A stretch of 30,185 nucleotides of DNA from Candidatus Colwellbacteria bacterium RIFCSPHIGHO2_02_FULL_45_17 (GCA_001817685.1 MHIV01000010.1:1-30185), one strand, 5' to 3'. Numbered from the stretch's first letter, positions 17,749-27,025 are shown. A program made the numbers and translations. The notes: a model not told the origin generated them from the sequence alone.

Positions 17749-18753
17749 ATGGAAGTTGCACTAATCGGAATACTTTTCCTGATAATTCTTGTTATTGGTC
17801 ACGAGTTTGGCCATTTCTTCGCTGCAAAACTTTTCGGTCTACGAGTGGACGAGTTCGGTTTCGGATTCCCTCCCAGAATATTTTCGAGGAAAAGGGGCGA
17901 GACAAGGTACAGCGTAAATCTCTTGCCATTTGGCGGATTCGTTAAAATTCATGGTGAACACCCTAAAGATGGAGAAAAATTAGAGGAACCAGAGCGAAGT
18001 TTCACTCATCAGTCTACGTATCGTCGTAGTGTGATTATTGTCGCGGGTGCATTCATGAACTTTCTTATAGGATGGATAGCTCTCTGTCTGGTCTTCGCAA
18101 TTGGCGTAGAGAATAGAGTGGTTATAGATCGTGTTATGCCAGGTTCTCCGGCTTCGGCCATTGGACTCATGTCAGGCCAAGAGATAGAGGGTTTCAACTC
18201 TGCGGAAGAGTTTGTTAACTTTGTAGAAAATAACAAAGGAAAAGAGGTTTCGATAAACGGAACAGTCGTCACCCCTAGGGAAAATCCTCCGGCTGGCGAA
18301 GGCGCGCTGGGAGTTGTCGTAACTGATGTTGGAATTGAGAAACAAGGCATCTTCAAAAGTATATGGTCGGGGCTAACCAGTGCGATTTTAACAACCGGGC
18401 TCATAGCCAAATCCTTTGCCGGTTTTATAGGAGGAATATTTAGCGGTAATTTTACGGTAGTTGATCAAGTGACAGGACCTGTGGGAGTATTTAATCTCCT
18501 AGGAGATGTAAGCGCTTTGGGGTTTACGCCGTTAGTACAACTCCTGGCCTTAATATCCCTAAATCTCGTTGTTATAAACTTGGTACCGTTTCCTGCTCTT
18601 GATGGAGGTAGGTTGCTGTCAATCGTGGTTGAGAAAATCATCGGGCGGAGGCTTAGTGAGAAATTCGAAATATTCGCAAACGCCATTGGATTGGCTGTCC
18701 TCCTCCTACTAATGGTTGTAGTGACAATCAAGGATATAATTAATATATTCTAA
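17749..18753 (+). CDS. rseP: Site-2 (M50) intramembrane metalloprotease, RseP-like
   Basis: HEFGH, EFGFGF, LLPFGGFVKI, short PDZ-like segment, NLVPFPALDGG. Confidence 0.93.
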   Translation: MEVALIGILFLIILVIGHEFGHFFAAKLFGLRVDEFGFGFPPRIFSRKRGETRYSVNLLPFGGFVKIHGEHPKDGEKLEEPERSFTHQSTYRRSVIIVAGAFMNFLIGWIALCLVFAIGVENRVVIDRVMPGSPASAIGLMSGQEIEGFNSAEEFVNFVENNKGKEVSINGTVVTPRENPPAGEGALGVVVTDVGIEKQGIFKSIWSGLTSAILTTGLIAKSFAGFIGGIFSGNFTVVDQVTGPVGVFNLLGDVSALGFTPLVQLLALISLNLVVINLVPFPALDGGRLLSIVVEKIIGRRLSEKFEIFANAIGLAVLLLLMVVVTIKDIINIF

Positions 18754-18757
18754 GTTA

Positions 18758-19975
18758 ATGAGACAAACCTCTTTATATACGAAGACTCGCAAAACTCTCC
18801 CTAAAGACGAGGTCGCGACGAACGCCAAACTCCTAATAAAGGGGGGATTCGTGCATAAAGAATTAGCAGGCGTTTATTCATATCTTCCTTTGGGTGTGCG
18901 TGTCTTAACAAAGATCGAGAATATCATTCGCGAGGAAATGAATAGAATCGGAGGACAGGAAATCTTAATGTCTTCTTTGCAAGATCAAGCTGTTTGGGAA
19001 AGAAACGACAGGTGGAGCGATAAGAAAATAGACATTTGGTTTAAAGACAGAACCGGAAAAGTTGGGTTTGCGTGGTCCCACGAGGAGCCAATTATGAATA
19101 TGGTAAGGCACCACATCGGGTCTTATAAGGACATGCCGGTATACGTTTATCAATTCCAAAATAAATTTAGAAACGAACCTCGTGCAAAGAGCGGTCTTCT
19201 TAGGGGGAGAGAGTTCATAATGAAAGATCTTTATTCCTTCAACGTAGACGGAGAGGGTCTCGACAAGTTCTATGAAACAATGAAGAAGGCATATATGCGT
19301 ATTTTTGATAGGGTAGGAATCGGCAATATTACATATCTCACATTCGCAAGCGGTGGCTTATTTACAAAGTTTAGTCATGAGTTCCAGACGCTCTCTTCTG
19401 CCGGAGAAGACGTAATATATCTTGATAAGAAGGGAAAGATAGCAATCAACAAAGAAGTTATGAGCGAAAGCGTGCTGAAGGAGATCGGTGTTTCCAAAAA
19501 GGATCTTGTCGAGGAAAAAGCGATAGAAGTCGGTAATATTTTCAAATTTGGGACAAAGTACTCCGAGAATATGGGCGTAACTTTTAAAGACAAAAGCGGC
19601 AAGGAACATCCAGTATACGTCGGAAGCTACGGCATAGGACTCGGCAGACTGATGGCTACTATAGTGGAAACACTTTCTGACGATAGCGGAATAATTTGGC
19701 CTGACTCTGTAGCGCCGTTCCAAGTTCACTTAATAGAACTTGAGAAGGGTTCTGGCGAAACTCTTTACAAAAAACTGGAAGATAGGGGCGTTGAGGTTCT
19801 TTACGACGACAGAGATGCGACGCCGGGGGAAAAGTTTAAAGATTCAGATTTGATCGGGATTCCGTGGAGATTTGTCGTTAGTAAAAAGACAGGGACCAAA
19901 GTCGAATGTAAAAGGCGTAATTCCGGGAAAGCAGAACTTCTGACATATGATAAAGCTATTGGAAAACTTCTATAG
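18758..19975 (+). CDS. proS: Prolyl-tRNA synthetase, short form without the INS editing domain
   Basis: GVYSYLPLG, SHEE, FRNEPRAKSGLLRGREFIMKDLYSF, IEVGNIF, GSYGIGLGR, YDDRD..PGEKF.D.DLIGIP. Confidence 0.95.
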   Translation: MRQTSLYTKTRKTLPKDEVATNAKLLIKGGFVHKELAGVYSYLPLGVRVLTKIENIIREEMNRIGGQEILMSSLQDQAVWERNDRWSDKKIDIWFKDRTGKVGFAWSHEEPIMNMVRHHIGSYKDMPVYVYQFQNKFRNEPRAKSGLLRGREFIMKDLYSFNVDGEGLDKFYETMKKAYMRIFDRVGIGNITYLTFASGGLFTKFSHEFQTLSSAGEDVIYLDKKGKIAINKEVMSESVLKEIGVSKKDLVEEKAIEVGNIFKFGTKYSENMGVTFKDKSGKEHPVYVGSYGIGLGRLMATIVETLSDDSGIIWPDSVAPFQVHLIELEKGSGETLYKKLEDRGVEVLYDDRDATPGEKFKDSDLIGIPWRFVVSKKTGTKVECKRRNSGKAELLTYDKAIGKLL

Positions 19976-20996
19976 AGTTGTCGGCATAGACCTTGGCACG
20001 GCGAACACCCTGATTTATGTAAAAGGGCACGGTATTGTCGTTGATCAACCAACGTTAGTCGCGGTTAACAATAGAACTGAGCAAATTCTAGCAATAGGCG
20101 AAGAGGCCAAAAAAATGCTCGATAGAGTCCCCGCGCACGTGACGCTAATTAAGCCGCTTATGAATGGAGTTATCTCGGATTTCGAAATGACCGAGGAAAT
20201 ACTGAGACACTTTTTGAAAAAAGCGAGCGGTAAGAATGTGATGTCGAGATATCATCTAGCCGCTATAACAATTCCGACCAACCTCACTGAAGTAGAAAGA
20301 AAATCAGTAGAAGATGCCGTTGTCTCTGCGGGTGCGTCTAAGGTATTGCTTGTTGAAGAACCAATAGCATCCGCGATAGGAATGCGATTGCCCGTGGAAG
20401 AAGCGACCGCGAGTTTGATAATAAATATAGGCGGCGGTTCGACGGAAATATCTATAATCTCCGTAGGAGGCGCCGTAAAGTCAAGAAGTATAAAAATTGC
20501 CGGACAGCAGTTCAACGACGACATAGCAAAATTTATGAAGAACGAATACAAAATACTTGTTGGCGAACCAACAGCTGAGGCCATAAAAACTTCAATTGGT
20601 TCTGCCATCCCGCTCGAAGAACGAAAAGAGATTGCCGTTAGGGGTAGAGATTTTGGTTCGGGCTTACCAAAAGAAGTTTCTGTCAGGAATAATCATATTA
20701 GAGGGGCTTTGCAGAAATCTCTCAAAGGAATTTCGGAAGCGATAAAAGAATTACTTGAGGAATCACCACCAGAACTTGTGGGCGATGTATACCAGAGGGG
20801 AATATTTCTGGCCGGCGGCGGTGCACTATTAAGAGGAATGGATCAATTTTTGACGAAAGAATTGTCTGTAAAAACAACACTAGTAGACGATCCTTTAACA
20901 TGCGCTGTCCGGGGCCTCGGAATCATTATTGAAGACTTACCCAAATACGAGACAATTTTGTCTAACCAAAATCGTCCTCTGCCAATAAACTTATGA
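19947..20996 (+). CDS. mreB: Rod-shape actin MreB paralogue 2
   Basis: GIDLGTANT, EEPIASAIG, GGGSTE, SPPELVGD, GIFLAGGGALLRG; directly upstream of mreC. Confidence 0.95.
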   Translation: MIKLLENFYRVVGIDLGTANTLIYVKGHGIVVDQPTLVAVNNRTEQILAIGEEAKKMLDRVPAHVTLIKPLMNGVISDFEMTEEILRHFLKKASGKNVMSRYHLAAITIPTNLTEVERKSVEDAVVSAGASKVLLVEEPIASAIGMRLPVEEATASLIINIGGGSTEISIISVGGAVKSRSIKIAGQQFNDDIAKFMKNEYKILVGEPTAEAIKTSIGSAIPLEERKEIAVRGRDFGSGLPKEVSVRNNHIRGALQKSLKGISEAIKELLEESPPELVGDVYQRGIFLAGGGALLRGMDQFLTKELSVKTTLVDDPLTCAVRGLGIIIEDLPKYETILSNQNRPLPINL

Positions 20997-21661
20997 GAAA
21001 ATACGTCTCGACTGGAGCCTTGATATTACTTGGTGTTCTAGTTGTTCAAGGTGGCCCGCTATTTAAGGCCAAACTTTCGCTGAGCTCGCTTTTCGGTGAC
21101 GTTCTGGGCACTGGGTTCGATAATGCCGAAGATCTTAAAAGGCGCGTAGATGTATTGGAGGATGAAAACGAGAGTTTAAGAATACAGCTTTTAGGAAAGG
21201 AAAATGATGCCGTCCGCTCCATCAAGGTATATTCAAGTTATCCGTTTAGTAGCAGAAGCGAGCTTGCAATCGCTGCAGGTGGAAGCCAAGGCATAAAGTC
21301 TGGGGAAGCCGTGGTTCACTCTGGAACGATTCTCGTTGGACAAGTGAAAAGTGTTCTAAAATCATCCAGCGTTGTGACGACAATCTTTGACCCGTCATGG
21401 GAAATGGCCGTAAGAATCGGGGATTCTGAAGTGGACGCTTTGATGAGTGGAGGTAATGAATTAAGCATTTCTCTGATACCGCAAGACGCGCTTGTAGAAG
21501 AGGGAGATACTGTAATATCTGCAGATAAAAACTTTCCATACGGCTTAGAACTCGGCTACATAAAAGAGTTACACAACACAGAGGGGGATGTATTCCAAGA
21601 GGCAGCGTTAGAGCCTACGCTTAAACTTAAAACCCTGCGAGATGTTACAGTTTATCGTTAG
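20993..21661 (+). CDS. mreC: Rod shape-determining protein MreC
   Basis: N-terminal TM, short coiled coil (VDVLEDENESLRIQL), beta-rich domain with LVGQV, GDTVIS..FPYGLELG; synteny. Confidence 0.85.
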   Translation: MRKYVSTGALILLGVLVVQGGPLFKAKLSLSSLFGDVLGTGFDNAEDLKRRVDVLEDENESLRIQLLGKENDAVRSIKVYSSYPFSSRSELAIAAGGSQGIKSGEAVVHSGTILVGQVKSVLKSSSVVTTIFDPSWEMAVRIGDSEVDALMSGGNELSISLIPQDALVEEGDTVISADKNFPYGLELGYIKELHNTEGDVFQEAALEPTLKLKTLRDVTVYR

Positions 21662-22097
21662 CGTAATTCTCGTAACGGTTGCTTCGTTTCTTCAGACTAC
21701 GGCTGCAATCATAATAAAAGGAGGAATTAAACCGAATCTAATTATCGTGCTGTTAGTCGTCCTTGCGTGTGTCAACAAGGGTTGGACAACGCGCGTAGGG
21801 TTAATTCTTCTCTCAGCGTTCATATTAAAATTTTCCCCATGGATAAGTTGGGCGGATGTAATCTTTATATCAACTGCACTTTTAGCTATGGCGCTCGTCG
21901 ATTATCTGCCTTGGAGACGGGGTATCAATAGTATCATTGCCGTTGCCGCAGGGACTGTAATTCTGAATCCATCATTTTCTGACATAAGCTCAATCGTGCT
22001 AGAGGTTATAATAAATACATCGCTTATCTTAATATTCCTCCTGGTATTAGAAATTTTGTATGGCAAAAAGAAAAAACCAAAAGAGAATAGACTTTGA
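21642..22097 (+). CDS. mreD: MreD-like integral membrane protein
   Basis: 151 aa hydrophobic protein with IKPNL; lies between mreC and PBP2. Assignment rests largely on synteny. Confidence 0.65.
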   Translation: MLQFIVSVILVTVASFLQTTAAIIIKGGIKPNLIIVLLVVLACVNKGWTTRVGLILLSAFILKFSPWISWADVIFISTALLAMALVDYLPWRRGINSIIAVAAGTVILNPSFSDISSIVLEVIINTSLILIFLLVLEILYGKKKKPKENRL

Positions 22098-23886
22098 CGA
22101 GGTAATATCCGACAGTATCTCTGATGGAGAGTTAAACATTCGCGAGACGCCCTTAACTTCGAACGTGTCTTCAGCTGTTTTTCTTGTTGCGGTCGTAGTC
22201 GGAGTTATATTTGTCGGAAGAATTGTATTTCTCACTGGCGTAGAGGGAAGTTCTTATAGAGAAAGAGCGGAGTCTAACACGAACCAAGATATTCCGCTTA
22301 TTGCACCACGCGGAATAATTCTCGACAGAAACGGAGAGGCACTCGTTGAAAACCAGGTAATCTTCACTGTTTTTCTGCAACTTGATGAGATGATAAGGAG
22401 CGGAGAGAGAGAAATCGTTCTAAGGGCCGCTGAGGAGGTACTTGGTCTTGAAAGAGACGAAGTCGCAAAGCACCTTGAAGACACAAATCTGGAAAGCGTT
22501 ACGGATGTCATATTGAAGCGGGATGTAACAAGAGAGCAGGTTATAGCCATAGAGACGCTAAATACCAAATCTCTCATTGTGGAGGAAGATTTCAAGAGAA
22601 AATATGACGACCCCGCTTTTTCGCATATCGTTGGGTATGTAGGCCTTGTCACCAGCGAGGATTTAGTTAGAGACGAAAATCTGGCACTTAATGATTTCAT
22701 AGGGCAAGCGGGGCTTGAGGCATTCTACGACGATGTTCTCAGAGGCGAAAACGGCTCCGTAACGATATTCAGAAACGCCAAAGGTGATCTTGAGAGTGTG
22801 AAGAGAACAAGGGAGCCGATAGCCGGTCATGAATTGCAAACGACAATCGACGCAGAATTCCAGAAATACTTTTACAATAGAATGCTCCAGGAGCTGACTT
22901 CTCTCGGAAGAACATCCGGAGCTGGTCTAGCCATCAATCCGGAGAACGGCGAGGTGCTTGCGTTAATGAGTTTTCCGAGCTTCGACGCGAATAATGTTTC
23001 AGAGTATTTAGATAATGCGAATCAGCCCCTCTTTAACAGAGTCGTGTCCGGTTTATATAGCCCTGGGTCGGCTATAAAACCAATTCACGCCGTAGCGGCT
23101 CTTGCAGAGGGAGTTGTAGATCCGAGCACTCAGATATTTTCCGCGGGTTATATAGAGATCCCAAACCCATATTTTCCGGATAGCCCGAGTAGGTTCGTTG
23201 ATTGGAAAGCTCATGGTTGGGTTGATTTGCATTCCGCCATCGCGGTTTCGAGTAACGTCTATTTCTACGTCATAGGGGGGGGCTTTGAAAATATGAGAGG
23301 TGTCGGAATCGAGAAGTTGAGAGAATATTGGCAGGAATTCGGCCTCGGTAATTCCACTGGGATTGATTTGCCAGGCGAGGCAGTCGGATTTCTACCAAGT
23401 CCGGACGAAAAAGAGGAAAGAACTGGTTCAATTTGGCGAGTTGGTGATACTTATAACGTTGCAATTGGACAGGGGGACCTGAAAATAAGTTTGCTTGAAC
23501 TGTTAAATGGTGTAATAGCAATAGCCGAAGGCAAAGCCGTAAGACCTCATTTGGTAGAATCCGGCGAAGCTCAAGAAATTGTTAATCTTTCAGACTTATC
23601 CGCATTTCTAGGGGATGTTAGAGAGGGAATGGAAGATGTGGTAGACAAAGATTACGGGTCGGCACATCTCCTCGGAGACTTGCCCATAAAAGTTGCCGCA
23701 AAAACAGGAACTCCTCAGATTGCCGGAAATACTAAAACAAACGCGCTAATCGTAGGTTATACTCCAACGGAAAATCCCAAAATCGCTGTGCTTATTCTAG
23801 TAGAAGATGCGAAAGAGGGGAGTTTGAACGTTATACCAATAGCTAGAGATGTATTCGGATGGTATTATGAGAATAGGCTTAAGTAG
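22060..23886 (+). CDS. mrdA: Class B penicillin-binding protein 2 (transpeptidase)
   Basis: APRGIILDRNG, SHIVGYVG, GLEAFYDDVLRG; SxxK (SAIK), SxN (SSN) and KTG motifs. Confidence 0.95.
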   Translation: MAKRKNQKRIDFDEVISDSISDGELNIRETPLTSNVSSAVFLVAVVVGVIFVGRIVFLTGVEGSSYRERAESNTNQDIPLIAPRGIILDRNGEALVENQVIFTVFLQLDEMIRSGEREIVLRAAEEVLGLERDEVAKHLEDTNLESVTDVILKRDVTREQVIAIETLNTKSLIVEEDFKRKYDDPAFSHIVGYVGLVTSEDLVRDENLALNDFIGQAGLEAFYDDVLRGENGSVTIFRNAKGDLESVKRTREPIAGHELQTTIDAEFQKYFYNRMLQELTSLGRTSGAGLAINPENGEVLALMSFPSFDANNVSEYLDNANQPLFNRVVSGLYSPGSAIKPIHAVAALAEGVVDPSTQIFSAGYIEIPNPYFPDSPSRFVDWKAHGWVDLHSAIAVSSNVYFYVIGGGFENMRGVGIEKLREYWQEFGLGNSTGIDLPGEAVGFLPSPDEKEERTGSIWRVGDTYNVAIGQGDLKISLLELLNGVIAIAEGKAVRPHLVESGEAQEIVNLSDLSAFLGDVREGMEDVVDKDYGSAHLLGDLPIKVAAKTGTPQIAGNTKTNALIVGYTPTENPKIAVLILVEDAKEGSLNVIPIARDVFGWYYENRLK

Positions 23887-23892
23887 TTGTTT

Positions 23893-24882
23893 ATGAATGA
23901 ATTTCGTCAAGATTTGGTATCCGGCGATTGGGTATTAATTTCGCCTAGCAGGGGCAGAAGGCCACACGATTTCAAAGCTAAAAAAAGAAAGCGTGCTCCC
24001 AAGATCGGATGCAAGTTTGAGAATCCACGTGAAGCCGCCTCCGGCGGCAAAGTCATTTTGTCAGAACCAGATGGTAAGTACTGGAAAGTTCAGGCGATTT
24101 TGAATAAATATCCAGCAGTCACAAAAGATGGATTGTGGGTGATAGACGAAGAAAAAGAGGGTCCGTTTTTCGTTTTGCCGGGGTATGGTTATCATGAAGT
24201 AATAATTACAAGAGATCATCACAAAGCGTTTCCGGATTTAGATTCCGACGATGCATTTCTTGTGCTAAAAGTATTTAGGCAAAGGTATAGAAGTCTCGCA
24301 AATGACAACAACATCGCGTATATTCACACATTCGCAAATTTCGGTGAGACCGCTGGTGCGACGATTTATCACCCGCATTACCAAATACTAGCCATTCCAA
24401 TTATTCCACCCGATGTGCGGCGTTCTTTACACGGCTCTGCAAACTACAAAGAGAAAAATGACGCCTGTGTTCATTGCACCCAGATTAACTGGGAGGTTGA
24501 ACAGAAAAAGCGCATTATTTGTGAGACAAAAGACGCAATAGTTTTCGCGCCCTACGCCTCGAAAGAACCATTTGAAATGCGGGTGTTTCCGAAGAAGCAT
24601 CATCCATATTTTGAGGACACAGATGAACGAGAATTGGGAAGTATCGGAGAGGCCCTGCAAACCGCGCTTAAAAGACTGAAGAAAGCTCTTAACGATCCAG
24701 ACTACAACTTTTTTATTCACACTGCGCCCTCGCGCGATCGTGAAAAGTATTCACACTATCACTGGCACATCGAAGTTGTTCCAAGAACAAATATATCAGC
24801 CGGATTTGAGCTCGGCACATCAGTGGAGGTAAATCCAATGGATCCAGATGATGCAGCTTCATTTCTAAGAGATGCTAAGTGA
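23893..24882 (+). CDS. galT: Galactose-1-phosphate uridylyltransferase (GalT/HIT family, 329 aa)
   Basis: RQD.VSGDWV, HEVII, HPHYQ nucleophile motif, YHWHIE, GFELG. Start at ATG 23893. Confidence 0.92.
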   Translation: MNEFRQDLVSGDWVLISPSRGRRPHDFKAKKRKRAPKIGCKFENPREAASGGKVILSEPDGKYWKVQAILNKYPAVTKDGLWVIDEEKEGPFFVLPGYGYHEVIITRDHHKAFPDLDSDDAFLVLKVFRQRYRSLANDNNIAYIHTFANFGETAGATIYHPHYQILAIPIIPPDVRRSLHGSANYKEKNDACVHCTQINWEVEQKKRIICETKDAIVFAPYASKEPFEMRVFPKKHHPYFEDTDERELGSIGEALQTALKRLKKALNDPDYNFFIHTAPSRDREKYSHYHWHIEVVPRTNISAGFELGTSVEVNPMDPDDAASFLRDAK

Positions 24883-25471
24883 TCTAGTCTCTATAATTTC
24901 TACGTTCGTATTAGAAACCATTGAAAGTTGGGGAGTTATCGGCGTGTTCGTTTTGATGACCCTCGAGAGCGCAAATATTCCAATTCCGTCCGAGGTGATA
25001 ATGCCTTTCTCCGGTTTTCTCGTCGGAACGGGTGTTTTTAGTTTCTGGGTTATAGTTTTTGTCGGTGCGTTCGGAAATCTAGTCGGTTCCATAATTTCTT
25101 ACTTCGCGGCATCAAAACTAGATGGAAAAATTAGAAGCAAATTAGAGTTTAAAAGGGCAGAAAGGTGGTTTAATAAGTTCGGAGTTTGGTCTGTATTTAT
25201 TGCTAGACTTCTGCCGATTGTAAGAACATTTATTTCGTTCCCGGCAGGAATGTTTAAAGTGAATATCTGGAAATTTTCTGCACTTACATTTGCTGGCTCA
25301 CTTCTATGGAGCTGGGTGCTCACGCGCGTAGGTTTCATACTGGGAGAGAATTGGAGCGTAATAGAACCTTATTTTAGAAAATTTGATTTTGCGATAGCTG
25401 GTGGAGTCCTGGCAGGAGTCGCTTGGCGGATTTGGCATCACCGAAAGAAGATGCTAGCAAATAGACGATAG
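24872..25471 (+). CDS. DedA family membrane protein
   Basis: LESANIPIPSEVIMPFSG, G..GS.ISY, ARLLPIVRTFISFPAG. Confidence 0.93.
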   Translation: MLSDLVSIISTFVLETIESWGVIGVFVLMTLESANIPIPSEVIMPFSGFLVGTGVFSFWVIVFVGAFGNLVGSIISYFAASKLDGKIRSKLEFKRAERWFNKFGVWSVFIARLLPIVRTFISFPAGMFKVNIWKFSALTFAGSLLWSWVLTRVGFILGENWSVIEPYFRKFDFAIAGGVLAGVAWRIWHHRKKMLANRR

Positions 25472-25479
25472 GTTATAGT
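25451..25479 (+). promoter_or_regulatory. Putative promoter for leaderless tpiA
   Basis: ATGCTA (25451-56)-17 nt-TATAGT (25474-79), 6 nt before ATG 25486. Confidence 0.5.
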
Positions 25480-25485
25480 AAAAGC

Positions 25486-26208
25486 ATGAAACTAATTGCC
25501 GCTAATTGGAAAAGTAATCCAGATACCGCGAAAACAGCAGAAAGATTGGCATTAGCGGAAGACTATGAGGGAGTAATTATAATCCCTCCTTTTCAATATC
25601 TGGAGAGGGTTCGATCTGTACTGAAACACGCATCACTCGGGGCTCAGAATGTGTTTTGGGAGAACGGCGGTCCGTTCACCGGAGAGGTTTCGCCGAGTCA
25701 GCTAAAGAATTTGAGCGTTAGTTTTGTTATAGCAGGGCATAGCGAAAGGAGAGCTTATCTTGGCGAAACAGACGATATGATAAACAAGAAAATTAAAGCC
25801 GCGCTTAGCGAAGGGTTGCAAGTCATTCTCTGCGTCGGGGAACCAATCCAAATTAGAAAAGACGGCATTCGCAGCGCAAAAGATTTTATAACTAATCAGA
25901 TAAGGTACGATCTAAGAGGTGTAAAGAGGTCCGATGCCAAAAAAGTCATAATTACATACGAGCCAATCTGGGCAATCAGCACCAGTCAAAACGCGGAGCC
26001 CGATATTCCAGAAGAAGCTGCAGAGATATGCGCCTACATTAAAAACCTTGTAAATGTCAGAGGCGTAATATACGGCGGCTCAGTCAACGCAAAAAATGCT
26101 AAAGAATTTTTAGGACGAGATGATATTGACGGGGCGCTGGTCGGTGGGGAAAGCCTAAAACCAAAGGAATTTCAAAAAATCGTGAGTGCAGCAACGCCTC
26201 TGGTATAA
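25486..26208 (+). CDS. tpiA: Triosephosphate isomerase
   Basis: ANWK, GAQN, FTGEVS, GHSERR, YEPIWAI, YGGSV, GALVGG.SL. Confidence 0.98.
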   Translation: MKLIAANWKSNPDTAKTAERLALAEDYEGVIIIPPFQYLERVRSVLKHASLGAQNVFWENGGPFTGEVSPSQLKNLSVSFVIAGHSERRAYLGETDDMINKKIKAALSEGLQVILCVGEPIQIRKDGIRSAKDFITNQIRYDLRGVKRSDAKKVIITYEPIWAISTSQNAEPDIPEEAAEICAYIKNLVNVRGVIYGGSVNAKNAKEFLGRDDIDGALVGGESLKPKEFQKIVSAATPLV

Positions 26209-26209
26209 T
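26201..26209 (+). promoter_or_regulatory. Extended -10 promoter for leaderless gtrA-family gene
   Basis: TGGTATAAT (consensus TGn-TATAAT), 6 nt before ATG 26216; overlaps the tpiA stop codon. Confidence 0.55.
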
Positions 26210-26215
26210 TAGGAT

Positions 26216-26833
26216 ATGAGTAAAAAAGACTTATCGTTTAGTTTTCTCGCCGCAGTACTAGTAACCGTGCTGTCGTATCCAACGGTTCTAAATGTTGCGG
26301 AAAATCTGACTCAGGCACGGCAAGTCCTAATTTCTGTTGCGCTTGGTGCACTTACAATTATCGGTCTTTTTACACTGCATTTTTTGGAAAGGTGGGTTAG
26401 GGTTCTATGGCAACTGGGAAAGTTTATTGTTGTCGGTGGGCTCAACACATTCGTCGATTTCGGAGTTCTTAATCTTCTCATTATTTTCACAGATATAACC
26501 TCGGGTTCAAAGTTTTCTTTCATCAAGGGTGTCGCTTTTACAATAGCGGTAGTAAACAGTTATTTTTGGAATAAGCACTGGACTTTCGAATTCAAAGAAA
26601 GGAAACAAGGCGAAATTCTCGAATTTCTTGCGGTAAGCGTTGTGGGATTGGGCCTGAACGTTGGCGTAGCATCTTTGCTTGTTAACCAAATTGGGCCGCT
26701 TTGGAACCTTTCCCCGATTCTATGGGCTAATGTGAGCGCCTTCGCGGCTACTCTTTCTGCCTTGGCGTCAAATTTCGTCGGCTATAAGTTTATAGTTTTC
26801 AGGTCAGGCCGCAAGAAAGGGCAAGCGACCTGA
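26216..26833 (+). CDS. GtrA family membrane protein with extra N-terminal TM helices
   Basis: KFIVVGGLNTFVDFG, NSYFWNKHWTF, FLAVSVVGLGLN, NFVGYKFIVF. Confidence 0.9.
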   Translation: MSKKDLSFSFLAAVLVTVLSYPTVLNVAENLTQARQVLISVALGALTIIGLFTLHFLERWVRVLWQLGKFIVVGGLNTFVDFGVLNLLIIFTDITSGSKFSFIKGVAFTIAVVNSYFWNKHWTFEFKERKQGEILEFLAVSVVGLGLNVGVASLLVNQIGPLWNLSPILWANVSAFAATLSALASNFVGYKFIVFRSGRKKGQAT

Positions 26834-26869
26834 AATATCTGCCCCCTCGGCACTAAATCTCAGATGGGC

Positions 26870-26898
26870 TTGCTTTTCCCCGGAACTTGTGGTATAGT
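26870..26898 (+). promoter_or_regulatory. sigma70 promoter
   Basis: TTGCTT (26870-75)-17 nt-TATAGT (26893-98), with extended TG at 26890-91. Predicted TSS about 26905. Confidence 0.7.
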
Positions 26899-26904
26899 GC
26901 CCTC

Positions 26905-27025
26905 GAAGTGAGTGACTATAGTCCTTGCCCGAGTTTCTCGAACAAAGGCTATCATCTTACTTGGTGCGACCCCGCCCTCTAAGCTAATGAATGTTTCGTT
27001 GGCATAGAGGGCGGGGTTCGTTTTT
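26905..27025 (+). ncRNA. Candidate ~120-nt small RNA (two long hairpins), family unknown
   Basis: Begins at the predicted TSS; irregular hairpin 26906-26962; long hairpin 26966-27021; T tract 27021-25. Confidence 0.55.
26966..27025 (+). terminator. Long intrinsic terminator-type hairpin
   Basis: ACCCCGCCCTCTA (26969-81)/TAGAGGGCGGGGT (27005-17), 13 bp perfect; inner GCTAATGAA/TTCGTTGGC, 9 bp with 2 G.U; then TTTTT. Confidence 0.8.

Noticed and set aside
26797-26835. SRP RNA-like motif (CAGGTCAGGCCGCAAG) in a 9-bp hairpin TTTCAGGTC/GACCTGAAA
   Set aside because: The helix-8 pattern needs CC-GNRA-GG followed by AGCA; here it is CC-GCAA-GA with no AGCA in register. It also overlaps the gtrA coding end.
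27006-27020. FMN riboswitch-like start AGGGCGGGG
   Set aside because: The following conserved FMN segments are absent, and the sequence is fully explained as the 3' arm of the terminator hairpin.
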